From Macrostomum lignano (taxonomy: Eukaryota): a DNA stretch of 64,000 nt. Below are positions 51,145-63,445 of this stretch, piece by piece. The stretch is taken from the NCBI GenBank assembly GCA_002269645.1, contig NIVC01000077.1:62001-126000 (forward strand). Reading direction: 5' to 3'. Numbering within the stretch: the first letter of the stretch is position 1; each line of letters begins with the position of its first letter. Under the pieces are notes generated by a model that searched no databases, was not told the DNA's origin, and saw only the letters and a program-made list of their open reading frames with translations. Made by a program: the position numbers and the translations under genes.

Positions 51145-52026
51145 TGTGCCGGCTGGCTTTGCAAATCACGACGGGCTTGGGTGGATTGGAATGTGGGCTT
51201 GCTGTGAGCTGTGTTGGGGTTTGGCCTTTTTACCTGGGGCAGAGCGGAGAGGCGTGTAGGGTAAGAGGTTTTTGTACACTCGTTGCTATTGACTACGCCT
51301 CTTTCTGCGCGTGTAAAGGAGAGACCGAGTTGAGAGGTGCGTGGAAGTCAGCCCCGAAAAGAGGTGTACGTTGCTGGAGTGTACATTTTTTTTCCTTCCT
51401 ATCCCCAGCCTCTCCGTTTATCTGTTTTGTACATTGACTCAAAATAATTGTAGATCGGCTGTCTAAGTTTCGCACAACACTTTAGCATTGAAACCAATAC
51501 TCTATTATGAGTTTAATAGAGAGAATAAATGAATAAGCTGTTGAGGCTTGAAGAGCTGGCTCAATTTACTATTGAAATGCGGCCCTCATATTCCGCTGCT
51601 CTGTTCAAGTTACACCAGTGCAAACAACAATGGTAGGCTAGAGAAAGGTCTGAAAGCGTACTTAAAATGCCTTTATTCAGCTGAAATAAATATTCCCAGT
51701 AAGCGCCAGAGCAGCTCTGCATCTCAGTTCCTTCTCAGCTCATCATCAGATTGTTATAAACTCCAAGAATTCAAGACACCCTCTGAGAAATGACTGCAAC
51801 CTGGTCCGTAACTGACTACGAGTACAACGTGACAACCAGACCCTACATTGAGTCCTGCGAACTGTGTGTTAATGTTGCATTGTTTAACATTTCATTTTGT
51901 GCGCTGTTTTTTCTTTTGCACAGTTGCAATCCACTTCCGAATTTGCAGCATTTGGCCGAGAAATGACAAACGGGACGCGGTTCACACGGCATCTCCATTT
52001 TCTGTGAGCTGTGCAGAGTTCTTTCT

Positions 52027-52822
52027 GAGGGCGATTCTCTAATGGAGTCGGAGGGCGATTCTCTAAGGGGGTTGGAGGGCGATTCTCTAAGGGATATGGA
52101 GGGCGATTCTCTAAGGGGGTTGGAGGGCGATTCTCTAAGGGATATGGAGGGCGATTCTCTAAGGGGGTTGGAGGGCGATTCTCTAAGGGATATGGAGGGC
52201 GATTCTCTAAGGGGGTTGGAGGGCGATTCTCTAAGGGATATGGAGGGCGATTCTCTAAGGGGGTTGGAGGGCGATTCTCTAAGGCGGTTGGAGGGCGAGT
52301 TCCTAAGGGGTTGGAGGCGATTCTCTAAGGGGCTTGAAGGGCGAGTTCCTAAGGGGTTGGAAGGCGATTCTCTAAGGGGGTTGGAGGGCGATTCTCTAAG
52401 GGGCTTGAAGGGCGAGTTCCTAAGGGGTTGGAAGGCGATTCTCTAAGGGGGTTGGAGGGCGATTCTCTAAGGGGGTTGGAGGGCGAGTTCCTAAGGGGTT
52501 GGAAGGCGATTCTGTAAGGGGGTTGGAGGGCGATTCTCTAAGGGGGTTGGAAGGCGATTCTCTAAGGGGGTCGGAGGGCGATTCTCTAAGGGGTTGGAGG
52601 GCGATTCTCTAAGGGGTTGGAGGGCGATTCTCTAAGGGGGTTGGAGGGCGATTCTCTAAGGGAGTCGGAGGGCGATTCTCTAAGGGGTCGGAGGGCGATT
52701 CTCTAAGGGGTTGGAGGGCGATTCTCTAAGGGGTTGGAGGGCGATTCTCTAAGGGGTTGGAGGGCGATTCTCTAAGGGGGTTGGAGGGCGAGTTCCTAAG
52801 GGGTTGGAAAACGATTCTCTCA
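52027..52822. repeat. 23/24-bp G-rich minisatellite, about 33 copies
   Basis: Unit GGAGGGCGATTCTCTAAGGGGGTT. It explains ORF 52042..52446. Confidence 0.96.
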
Positions 52823-52850
52823 GAGTGATCTAAAGCGATTAACTACTTAG

Positions 52851-53816
52851 TCCCTAAAATTCAAACGCATCTTCAGTCCAATCGAAATCCCCGGGATTTC
52901 TACGTGATCCACCCCGACTGGACCTCGGAAGCGCTGAGCGCCGCTCCCCTCGCGCCGCCGAATACCGCTAAGGAGGACGGGCGCCGACGCCCTTGGCTGT
53001 GGGAGCACCCGAGAGCCAGGGAGCTGTTCTATCCGGATAAGCGGACCCAGCTGCGCAACAGAGTGCTGCGAGATATGCAGACGGAGGACAGGGTCAGGCG
53101 GCTGCACACCGACCCGCACTATCAGGTATTTGCGCTGACTAGGGCGCTGTGTGACCGGTTGAATTGTCTAACAATTAAACTTCATCTAATGTGTATACTA
53201 GTCTACTCTAACAGGTAGGCTAGTTTATCAGGTGGGCTTGTCTTAAATCTAGGCTAATAAATCTAACAGATTAGACTTACTTATCTAACAAATATGCTTA
53301 TCTAATAGGCAAGACAGTCCACCGCGTGTAGGTATGCTAATCTATTTAACAGGTATGAGTAAATAGGATTTAACTATCTAACAGATAAGCGCCTAATCTA
53401 ACATATATGCTTATCTGACAGGCATGCTTATCTAACAGGCAAGGCAGTCCGCCGCGTGCATGCATAGGCATGTTAGCTTTAATTATCTAGGAGATAAGCG
53501 CCTTACGTACCAAGCCATTGATCCATTCGGGTCTTAGGTCAAGCACAATTCGCCCTGGTATGTGAACAACCCAGCCGAGGTCCGGGACTCGAATCCGCTG
53601 GAGAAGCGTCGGCCGCTACCGGATCTGTATCATCAGCGGCCGTGGAACAATGCCAGGCAGGTGCTGGCGCGGGAGCTGGCGAACCCGGTGCCGCCGGAGG
53701 CGCGGCTGCTGGTCGCGAATTCTTCGGAGATGAACGGCCGGCCGATGACGGAGAGCGAGGTGGCGAGGTTCAGGTGCAACAGCCGGCAGTACATGACGCC
53801 CTGCGATTGGAACTGA
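52851..53816 (+). CDS. Unrecognised spliced protein (last two exons, about 184 aa); first exon unresolved
   Basis: Exon 52851-53125 (TAG acceptor, CAG|GTATTT donor) and exon 53538-53816 join in phase 0. Both are GC-rich like the other exons. Peptide: PKIQTHLQSNRNPRDFYVIHPDWTSE...RPWLWEHP...HYQ-VKHNSPWY...TPCDWN*. Confidence 0.7.
53250..53490. repeat. Degenerate intronic repeat
   Basis: Recurring TTATCTAACAGG-like units. Confidence 0.6.
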
Positions 53817-53894
53817 TGGTGGCACTGGCCGCTTCTACTGATAATTGCCATTGGCTTCCGAGGGTGAATAGGTCGGTTCCAGAGTGTAGAGTAC

Positions 53895-54215
53895 GCTTTT
53901 GTGGCGCCGATTGGGCTCTGTGGCGCCAAACTAGGTTCTCTGTTGTCAAACCGGCATTGATTGGCTTCTGTGGCGCCAGATTGGGTTCCGTGGCTCCAGA
54001 TTGGGTTCTGTGGCGCCACATTGGGTTTTGTGGCGCCAGATTGGGTTTCGTGGCTCCAGATTGGGTTCTGTGACCTCAGATTGGGTTCCGTGGCGCCATA
54101 TTGGGTTGTGACCTCAGATTGGGTTCTGTGGCGTCAGGTTAGGTTCCGTGGCGCCAGTTTGGTTTTTTGGCGCCGGGTTGGGTCCTGTGGCGCCAAATTG
54201 AATTTGGTAGCGCCA
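53895..54215. repeat. Degenerate 20-bp repeat
   Basis: Core TGTGGCGCCAGATTGGGTTC. Confidence 0.85.
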
Positions 54216-55459
54216 CCAGTTCAAGTTGTATGTTTAATTACATTTATGATACCGGAACTGCATATTGGATTCTGAATTTCTGCTAAATAGAAGGATCAAA
54301 ACTGAAAAATATTTATTAAATTTTACGTATACACTACTTACTAAGTAGCTTATTAGACTCCCCTTCTGTAAAATAGCCGAGCTTCTGCTGAAAAAAATTT
54401 CTTCTTAATACGGTTAGCCCTGTTCTGACTATTTTTTGCTTTCAAAATCTTGCTTTCAATTTCAAGCAATTGCTATATATAGATTTGATACCTTTGTTGT
54501 TGGGAACATTTGTCAATAAAAAATAAATAAAGTCGTTAAAAACAAAAGCTTACAATCGATGTTGCTTTTTATAAAAAATCTTGATAAATACGCATATTTA
54601 ATAATGATATATAGACAAAATAAGAAGAGATTCATTCAGAATGCATTCTGTATTTAAAGCTTTTTTTACTCGGACAAAGAGTAAAATTACAGAACACTAT
54701 TTTTATTGTAGTTGAGTCTTACTAACTAACTAATACTGGGAATTAAACCTAGAAATTAGAAATATTGATAAATATGACTTTTTAAACTATTAATGAATAC
54801 ACATATCATAATTCTAATCACACTGAATTTATCTATTCAGCTTCAATTAGAGCATAAAGCATGTGCAAACAAACCGATTGAATCCGCAAGAAAGACTTGC
54901 CGAAAGTCTATATAAATATAATAATAATCTGTTTGTAATATACACAAATCAGTAAAAATATGAAATCACACATTTTGCAAAGCTGAAAAATTTAAGCAGG
55001 CCTGACTGATAAACAGTTCAATATCAGGTGATTGATAGACAGCTGCGAAAAAGAACTGAAAAAATATGAATATAATAAATATTGCTAGATTGCAAAGCGT
55101 GCGCGAATTAAAATATAGTCAAGTGCATCTTCAACTTGAACGAGTGAGCCAAGATTCTATGCAGGCATATAAATGTAAGCTATTTGAATTGTAAAATTAT
55201 GAAGATCACTAATTATGCCAATCATTGATAATGCAAATGGATTGCTTGCGTTACAAAAATTATTGCATTTAGCTGTAAGAGACAAAGTGAATAGACGTTT
55301 ATTGTCAAAATATTTAAATCAAACACAAAAAATATCTGTCAGCAGTAAAGCCTTCCATTGCTATAAGCAAGTCTTAAGTGAACTTTTAATTGCTAAAAAT
55401 GTAAAAAGCCATCAAAATAACGAAACTATACATCTTACAAAACAAATTACCATGAATAA

Positions 55460-56135
55460 CCTATAGACAACCCCATTCTATAGAACCCACAGAACTACTC
55501 CACTCTATAAACCCTATGGACAACTACCCCACCCTATAAACCCATAGACAAATACCCCACTCTACAAACCCATAGACAACTACCCCACTCTACAAACCCA
55601 TAGACAACTACCCCACTCTACAAACCCATAGACAACTACCCCACTCTACAAACCCATAGACAACTACCCCACTCTACAAACCCATAGACAACTACCCCAC
55701 TCTACAAACCCATAGACAACTACCCCACTCTACAAACCCATAGACAAATACCCCACTCTACAAACCCATAGACAACTACCCCACTCTACAAACCCATAGA
55801 CAACTACCCCACTCTACAAATCCATAGACAACTACCTTACTCTACAACCCATAGACAACTACTCCACTCTACAAACCCATAGACAACTACCCCACTCTAC
55901 AAATCCATAGACAACTACCCTACTCTACAAACCCATAGACAACTACCCCACTCTACAAACCCATAGACAACTACCCCACTCTACAACCCATAGACAACTA
56001 CTCCACTCTACAACCCATAGACAACTACCCCACTTTACAACCCATAGACAACTACCCCACTTTACAACCCATAGACAACTACCCCACTCTACAAACCCAT
56101 AGACAATTACCTCACTCTACAAACCCACAGGCAAC
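55460..56135. repeat. 27/28-bp minisatellite just 3' of the NSP-like stop codon, about 24 copies
   Basis: Unit TCTACAAACCCATAGACAACTACCCCAC. Confidence 0.95.
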
Positions 56136-56199
56136 GACTCCACTCCGAAAGCAATAGTAAAATCACAAAAACTAAGCATTAAGGCGTTGCCAAAGAAAA

Positions 56200-58942
56200 T
56201 CACGGTGTGAATCCGGCCCTGGCCGCCATGGAAGTCATTGAAGCTTCGAGAGACTGACAGAGCTCTGAGAATCTTTCCACGGTTGGAACTTCAGACATCG
56301 CTGGATCCATTAAAACTTTGAGCAGCGTCTCGGAAGAGAAAATCTCCTTCACCATAGGAATAAGCGACTGCATTTTCATGAGAGTGCGACAGTGCTCCAT
56401 AACAGAGTGAAGCGAGTTCCCATCGAAGCTGTACCGCTGCAGCATAAGTTCTAGATTTACTAATTCGTCCATTGTTGTGTCTTCAATTTGTTTGTCGTGA
56501 CCTTCAAAGCTGAACGTGTACAGGTGAGCCGGAAACTTCACCAGCGGTATGAGATCGTAGATGACGCGCTTATCAGCTGGGTCTACAACACATCTGAATC
56601 GGCGAAATTCCCGCGTCTGCTTTTGGAAGACGCCAAATCGAGTTTTGTCGTGCGATTCCAATAGCCGCCAAGAGTGAGTCAGCGAGAGTACCTGTATTAA
56701 AGATCAGGGAAGCTATTGAGTGAGTCAGTGAGAGTACCTGTATTTAAGATCAGGGAAGCTATTGAGTGAGTCAGTGAGAGTACCTGTATTTAAGATCAGG
56801 GAAGCTATTTAGTAGGGAATCCAAGTCCCAGGGTTTGATTCAGACAGCTCAGGGGGCAGAGGGTGCAGCCGCTTCACTAGTGTTAAGATGGGGCACTGCC
56901 GCCCAGATATTTAATATGATCACAAAGCTGGAAGGGGTGAGTCATTCAGGGAGGTCAAGGGTCCAGCTGCCCCCCTCTAGTGGGGGGGGGTAATGTTTCC
57001 TGAAAAAACTGTCAACGCGGCTAAATTGACTCTTTGCCCCAGCCATCCTAGTAACAATCGTTCCACAGTCCCTGGGTTTGATTCCGCGCACGAACATTAA
57101 TTTGGTCAATGGGGCTTGTTGCTCGGCTTAATCCACGAAGTCCAACCTCCCAAGGCGCAGAGTATGTACATGTCTAACGGTGAGAAAGTCATGGCCGCTG
57201 TATATCCTGTCATGTCAAAATAAGAGAAAATTACCTGACTAGACGTCAAAGCCATCAGGACTGATCGATAAGCGAACAGGTCTTTGAATTCGTTGCGCAA
57301 CAGGAACAGTACTTCGATCCAGACTGAGAGCAGTTTAACTCGCTCTCGAGTGGTGCGCCGGGACAGTACAGTGAGGGACACGAGGCAGCGCAGCAGGTTG
57401 TGCCTGGAGAATTTGGCCAGGCTTGGTTTGATAAAACTCATCGATAAAATATACCTCACTCCGCATTAAGACACCCACCTCACTCCGCATTCAGACACCC
57501 GACTCAATCCGTATTCAGACACCCACCTCACTCCGCATTCAGACACCCGACTCACTCCGTATTCAGACACCCACCTCACTCGCATTCAGACACCCACCTC
57601 ACTCCGCATTCAGACACCCACCTCACTCTGCATTCAGACACCCACCTCACTCCGCATTCAGACACCCACCTCACTCCGCATTCAGACACCCACCTCACTC
57701 CGCATTCAGACACCCACCTCAAGAAGTTTTCAGCCTTAAAAACCAATAACCCACCTGAAGAAGAGAAATCGTCTCAGCTCGCCAGCCTCGTCAAACACAA
57801 TTGTTTGTAGCCGACAATAAAGCCCCGGCAACAACTGAGTATCGTAATTTTCCAACAGGTAGACATAATCGTAATAAAACAGATGAACAGCCAAATCTCT
57901 GGCTGACTGGCTAGCTAACAATTCTGCAATCAGATCGACAAGTTTGTTGTCTAACGCTTTCGACGGTTCGTCAAGAAATTGGAAATTATGCAGCTCCGGG
58001 AACAGCATCGGCCGAGACATGGCGTACTGCCACTGATTGGCCAGCTGCCAAGACCCCGAGCCAGTAGCTGATGAAGGTGCCTGACCACCACCGCCGCTTG
58101 CTGTTCCCGACAAGTCGGCGTAGACACCGCTAGTCACCATAGATGACGTCATCAATAGGAGGGACTCAGCCGGGCGGGACATGTCCAGGTAGGGCGCCAG
58201 GGCCGGGTCCACCCGCTCGGCCGGGTACAGGACATTGAGCTGGGCCGGATCTGTGTAGTCTCGACCGTCGTCTTCGTACAAAGCGGTGTTCGTGATGGCC
58301 ACCTGACGAGGGTAAGTTTAGGGGCGATTCTCCGGTGATATTGGGGGCGATTCTCTGGTGATATTGGGGGCGATTCTCCGGTGAGATTGGGGGCGATTCT
58401 CCGGTGAGATTGGGGACGATTCTCAGGTGAGATTGGGAGAGGTTCTCAGGCGTCCTCAGGCGTTCTCAGGTGAAGTTAGGAGAGGTTCTCAGGTGAGATT
58501 GGAGGCCATTCTTAGGTGGGTTTATGGGCAATTTGAAGAAGGTGGAGGGGATTCTTATTTAGAACGAGTGTCATGATTTATACAATCTATACTGAATTCA
58601 GGTCCAAAAGTAAAAACAAATCACCATTGGCTTAGAGGTGGTTGCCTTAGCAACTGAGGGCTGACGTCGCAGCCCCCTGGCAATCCGGCGCTTCCGCTCC
58701 TCTTCAGCGGTGTCGTCCTTAATTGACGGCTTTGCCGCCACCAAGCCGGTCGAACCGACACCTTCCGAATGCACCTTCGAGCAGGACGACGCCGCATTGC
58801 CTGCGTCAGCGGCTCCGACGTCTTCGCAGCTGCGGCTGGTCATGCGAACGAACTGCACCCGCCGGTGACCGCGAGCGCCACGGTCCACAGGCTCGGGAGA
58901 CTCGGCGTCCCCAACATCCGTAAAGCTCTCGGAGCGGATCAT
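56200..58942 (-). CDS. BCAR3/SH2D3 (NSP)-like CDC25-homology (RasGEF-fold) protein, about 508 aa, 4 exons, no SH2 seen
   Basis: Exons 58942-58625, 58302-57755, 57403-57235 and 56691-56200 (1527 nt, phases 0, 2, 0). Motifs FLDEPSKALD, LAVHLFYYD, LRRFLFFRHN, ERVKLLSVWIEV..DLFAYRSVLMAL..SQVLSLTHSW align with the recalled BCAR3 C-terminal domain. An acceptor at 58953 suggests a further upstream exon. Confidence 0.7.
56672..56809 (-). repeat. 46-bp triplication spanning the last 3' splice site of the NSP-like gene
   Basis: Copies at 56672, 56718 and 56764. The minus-strand unit is AATAGCTTCCCTGATCTT(T/A)AATACAG|GTACTCTC(G/A)CTGACTCACTC. Confidence 0.95.
57465..57721. repeat. 24-bp intronic minisatellite, about 10 copies
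   Basis: Unit CACTCCGCATTCAGACACCCACCT. Confidence 0.94.
58318..58560. repeat. Degenerate 22-bp intronic repeat
   Basis: Core GGGGCGATTCTCCGGTGA(T/G)ATT. Confidence 0.8.
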
Positions 58943-59159
58943 AACTTGCGTACTGCTATGGGGATAATTATCCCAATAAGCAGATGAGGTGGATCAGCGA
59001 GGCTCGCTGATTTGTTGCCAAGCCGGGGTTCTCATGCAACGAAGCGAATCAGTGTTTTTCAGCCTTTATTTATTGCTTAAAACTTAAACTAATTGAGCAT
59101 TTTCATCTGTTTACGGCAAATGGATATACGGTATTGACAATTGCAGATTTTGAAAATCT

Positions 59160-59915
59160 CGGGTAAATCTAGGGGATAGATTGATAGTCTAGGGAATTGA
59201 CTGATGATTTAGGGGATAGATGATAGTCTAGGGAATAGACTGATGATCTAGGGGATAGATTGATAGTCTAGGGAATAGACTGATGATCTAGGGGATAGAT
59301 GATAGTCTAGGGAATAGACTGATGCTCTAGGGAATAGATGGATAGTCTAGGGAATAGATTGATGCTCTAGGGAATAGATTGATGATCTATTGGATAGATT
59401 GATGATTTAGGGAATATATTAAAGATCTCGGGGAAAAATTGATAGTCTAGGGAATAGACTGATGGTCTAGGGAATAGATTGATGATCTATGGGATAGTAC
59501 GATTATCTATGGGATAGTTCGATGATCCTGGGGGATAGATTGATGCTCAAGGGGGATAGATCAAAGATCTTGGGGATATATTGATGATCTAGAGGATAGA
59601 TTGATGATCCAGGGGGATAGATCAAAGATCTAGGGATATATTGGTGATCTAGGGGGATATATAGGTGATCTAAGGGGATAGATTAAAGATCCATGGGGAT
59701 AGATTAATAATCTAGGGGGATAGATTAAAGATCTAAGGGATATATTGATGCTCTAGGGGGTTAGATCAAAGATCTAGGGGATAGATGAATGATCTAGGGG
59801 GATAGATCAAAGATCTAGAGGATTATATTGATGATCTAGAGGGTTAGATCAAAGATCTAGGGGATATATTAATGATATAGAGGATAGATTGGCGATCTAG
59901 GGGATAGAAATTATC
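59160..59915. repeat. Degenerate ~22-bp repeat
   Basis: Core GATGATCTAGGGG(G)ATAGATT. Confidence 0.88.
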
Positions 59916-60159
59916 TAGGCGCTAGACAAATCATCTATATATTTTTGCTTAACTGACGCTACTAACAGTAACTATGTTTGCAGCGCAATATAACGTGAAA
60001 ATAGAACTGTAGAAATACATGTAGGAATATAACTTTTATTCAAATCCATTTTTTTACTTCTTAACATGTCAATCTAAATAATGAATACACTTTATAACCA
60101 TTTTAGCTAATAAAGCATTTCATTCAATTCATCAGCTGCACGTATTTCTGCCGCAGAGG

Positions 60160-62270
60160 GCAAGGAATAAAGGGTCTGGGAGGGGAAGCAATGAAGGGTC
60201 TGGGAGGGGAAGGAATGAAGGGTCTGAGAGGGGAAGGAATGAAGGGTCTGGGAAGGGAAGGAATGAAGGGTCTGGGAGGGGAAGGAATGAAGGGTCTGGG
60301 AGGGGAAGGAATGAAAGGTCTGAAAGGGCAAGGAATAAGGATTCTGAGAGGGCAAGGAATGAAGGGTCTGGGAGGGGAAGCAATGAAGGGTCTGGGAGGG
60401 GAAGTAATGAAGGGTCTGGGAGGGCTAGGAATAAAGGGTCTGGGAGGGGAAGGAATGAAGGGTCTGGGAGGGGAACGAATGAAGGGTCTGGGAAGGGAAG
60501 GAATGAAGGGTCTGGGAGGGGAAGGAATGAAGGGTCTGGGAGGGGAAGGAATGAAGGGTCTGGGAGGGGAAGGAATGAAGGGTCTGAAAGGGCAAGGAAT
60601 AAGGATTCTGAGAGGGCAAGGAATGAAGGGTCTGGGAGGGGAAGCAATGAAGGGTCTGGGAGGGGAAGGAATGAAGGGTCTGAGAGGGCAAGGAATGAAG
60701 GGTCTGGGAGGGGAAGGAATGAAGGGTCTGGGAGGGGAAGGAATAAAGGGTCTGAAAGGGCAAGGAATAAGGATTCTGAGAGGGCAAGGAATGAGGGGTC
60801 TGGGAGGGGAAGGAATGAAGGGTCTGAGAGGGCAAGGAATGAAGGGTCTGGGAGGGGAAGGAATGAAGGGTCTGGGAGGGCAAGGAATGAAAGGTCTAAG
60901 AGGGCAAGGAATGAAGGGTCTGGGAGGGGAACGAATGAAGGGTCTGGGAGGGGAAGGAATGAAGGGTCTGGGAGGGCAAGGAATGAAAGGTCTGAGAGGG
61001 CAAGGAATGAAGGGTCTGGGAGGGGAACGAATGAAGGGTCTGGGAAGGGAAGGAATAAAGGGTCTGGGAGGTAGGGAATGGTCTGGGAAGGGACAGAATG
61101 AAGGGTCTGAGAGGGCAAGGAATGAAGGGTCTGGGAGGGGAAGGAATGAAGGGTCTGCGAGGGCTAGGAATAAAGGGTCTGGGAGGGGAAGGAATGAAGG
61201 GTCTGGGAGGGGAAGGAATGAAGGGTCTGGGAGGGGAAGGAATGAAGGGTCTGGGAGGGGAAGGAATGAAGGGTCTGGGAGGGCTAGGAATAAAGGGTCT
61301 GGGAGGGGAAGGAATGAAGGGTCTGGGAGGGGAACGAATGAAGGGTCTGGGAGGGCAAGGAATGAAAGGTCTGAGAGGGCAAGGAATGAAGGGTCTGGGA
61401 GGGGAACGAATGAAGGGTCTGGGAAGGGAAGGAATAAAGGTTCTGAGAGGGCAAGGAATGAAGGGTCTGGGAGGGGAACGAATGAAGGGTCTGGGAAGGG
61501 AAGGAATAAAGGGTCTGGGAGGGCAAGGAATGAAGGGTCTGGGGAGGTAGGGAATGGTCTGGGAAGGGACAGAATGAAGGGTCTGAGAGGGCAACGAATG
61601 AAGGGTCTGGGAGGGGAAGGAATGAAGGGTCTGGGAGGGCTAGGAATAAAGGGTCTGGGAGGGCAAGGAATGAAGGGTCTGGGAGGGGAAGGAATGAAAG
61701 GTCTGGGAGGGCTAGGAATAAAGGGTCTGGGAGGGGAAGGAATGAAGGGTCTGAGAGGGCAAAGAATGAAGGGTCTGGGAGGGGAAGGAATGAAGGGTCT
61801 GGGAGGGGAAGGAATGAAGGGTCTGGGAGGGGAAGGAATGAAGGGTCTGGGAGGGCAAGGAATGAAGGGTCTGGGGAGGTAGGGAATGGTCTGGGAAGGG
61901 ACAGAATGAAGGGTCTGAGAGGGCAAGGAATGAAGGGTCTGGGAGGGGAACGAATGAAGGGTCTGGGAAGGGAAGGAATAAAGGGTCTGGGAGGGCAAGG
62001 AATGAAGGGTCTGGGGAGGTAGGGAATGGTCTGGGAAGGGACAAAATGAAGGGTCTGAGAGGGCAAGGAATGAAGGGTCTGGGAGGGCAAGGAATGAAGG
62101 GTCTGGGAGGGCTAGGAATGAAGGGTCTGGGAGGGAAGGAATGAAGGGTCTGGGAAAAGACAGAAGGAAGGGTCTGGGGAGGTAGGGAATGGTCTGGGAA
62201 GGGACAGAATGAAGGGTCTGGGAGTCTGGGAAGGGATGAATTGAATGAAGGGCCTGGGAAGGGAAGGAAT
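60160..62270. repeat. 24-bp G-rich minisatellite, 2.1 kb, about 87 copies
   Basis: Unit GGGAGGGGAAGGAATGAAGGGTCT with recurring variant blocks. It explains all long ORFs in 60107..62346. Confidence 0.97.
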
Positions 62271-63004
62271 GACTTATATGGTAATCAAAATCTCCCATGT
62301 AAGAAATGTAACCAGGAAGTACAAAGAATCGATACAAAGACAACAAAAGTAAAACGAAAAGTTAAACAATATTATGATTGCATTTATTTTTAGTAAATCA
62401 GCTTATTCAACATTTGAAAGGCGCAGAAATATATAATTATATACACAAGCAAAATCGGCAGGTAGAGAAATTTCAGATTGAAAAATTTATCTGAATTACG
62501 GCTTAAAAATCAATACAAAACTATCATTGGAACCCAAATAAAAATTGAAAAGTAAAGATCGTAGGTCCCATGAGTAGTGATTGAGTAGGTTGCGGCTGCA
62601 TGCTAATCATTTATTAAATAATAAATGAATAGTGCATACGAAAAACTTTGAGACAGACAACAAAAAGGATTATATATGAGATTTAATGAACAGGAGCTAC
62701 TGTGGTGTACAGCAGAGCATGCAAGATATTGTACAAATATGACGAAACTGATATGAAACACGCAAAATACGACTATCGGTTTAAATAATTATCTGGCTAG
62801 TTCTCTTGTAAACAATCTGCTCAAATACGAGTACAAATTAATCAAAAAGAACTGGTCAATGAAAACATCAAAAGAATATAAGTTTAGCAAGGTCTGCTAA
62901 ATAAACCAGCTCGAGAGGGTGGTAAACACACGAATCTGGTAGCCAGATAAACACATACCCTCTGCGAGATTAGTACAATTGTCAGTTAAATAAACATAAG
63001 CTTT

Positions 63005-63432
63005 CTAGCAAGATAAACACACGTGTAACCTAGACAAACACATGACTGCCAGATGAATAAACAGTGTCATCTAGATAAACACACACCTGCTAGCAAGATA
63101 AACACACGTCTAACCTAGACAAACACACGACTGCCAGATGAATAAACAGTGTCATCTAGATAAACACACATGCCAGCAAGATAAACACACGTGTAACCTA
63201 GACAAACACATGACTGCCAGATGAATAAACAGTGTCATCTAGATAAACACACATGCCAGCAAGATAAACACACGTCTAACCTAGACAAACACATGACTGC
63301 CAGATGAATAAACAGTGTCATCTAGATAAACACACATGCCAGCAAGATAAACACACGTCTAACCTAGACAAACACATGACTGCCAGATGAATAAACAGTG
63401 TCATCTAGATAAACACACATGCCAGCAAGATA
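63005..63432. repeat. 83-bp tandem repeat, about 5 copies, immediately 3' of the Kelch stop
   Basis: AGCAAGATAAACAC starts at 63007, 63092, 63175, 63258 and 63341, with a partial copy at 63424. Confidence 0.95.
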
Positions 63433-63445
63433 AGCACAAAAGCCG

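Noticed and set aside
56820-57100. Two GTCCC(A/T)GGGTTTGATTC motifs resembling a tRNA-derived SINE
   Set aside because: Too degenerate, with no A-box, tail or TSD visible. A genome-wide copy search is needed.
59160-59915. Telomere-like TAGGG runs
   Set aside because: The unit is a ~22-bp GATCTAGGGG repeat, not tandem TTAGGG.
60107-62346. Long Pro-rich and Gly-rich ORFs up to 740 aa
   Set aside because: These are translations of a 24-bp minisatellite that is open in several frames on both strands.
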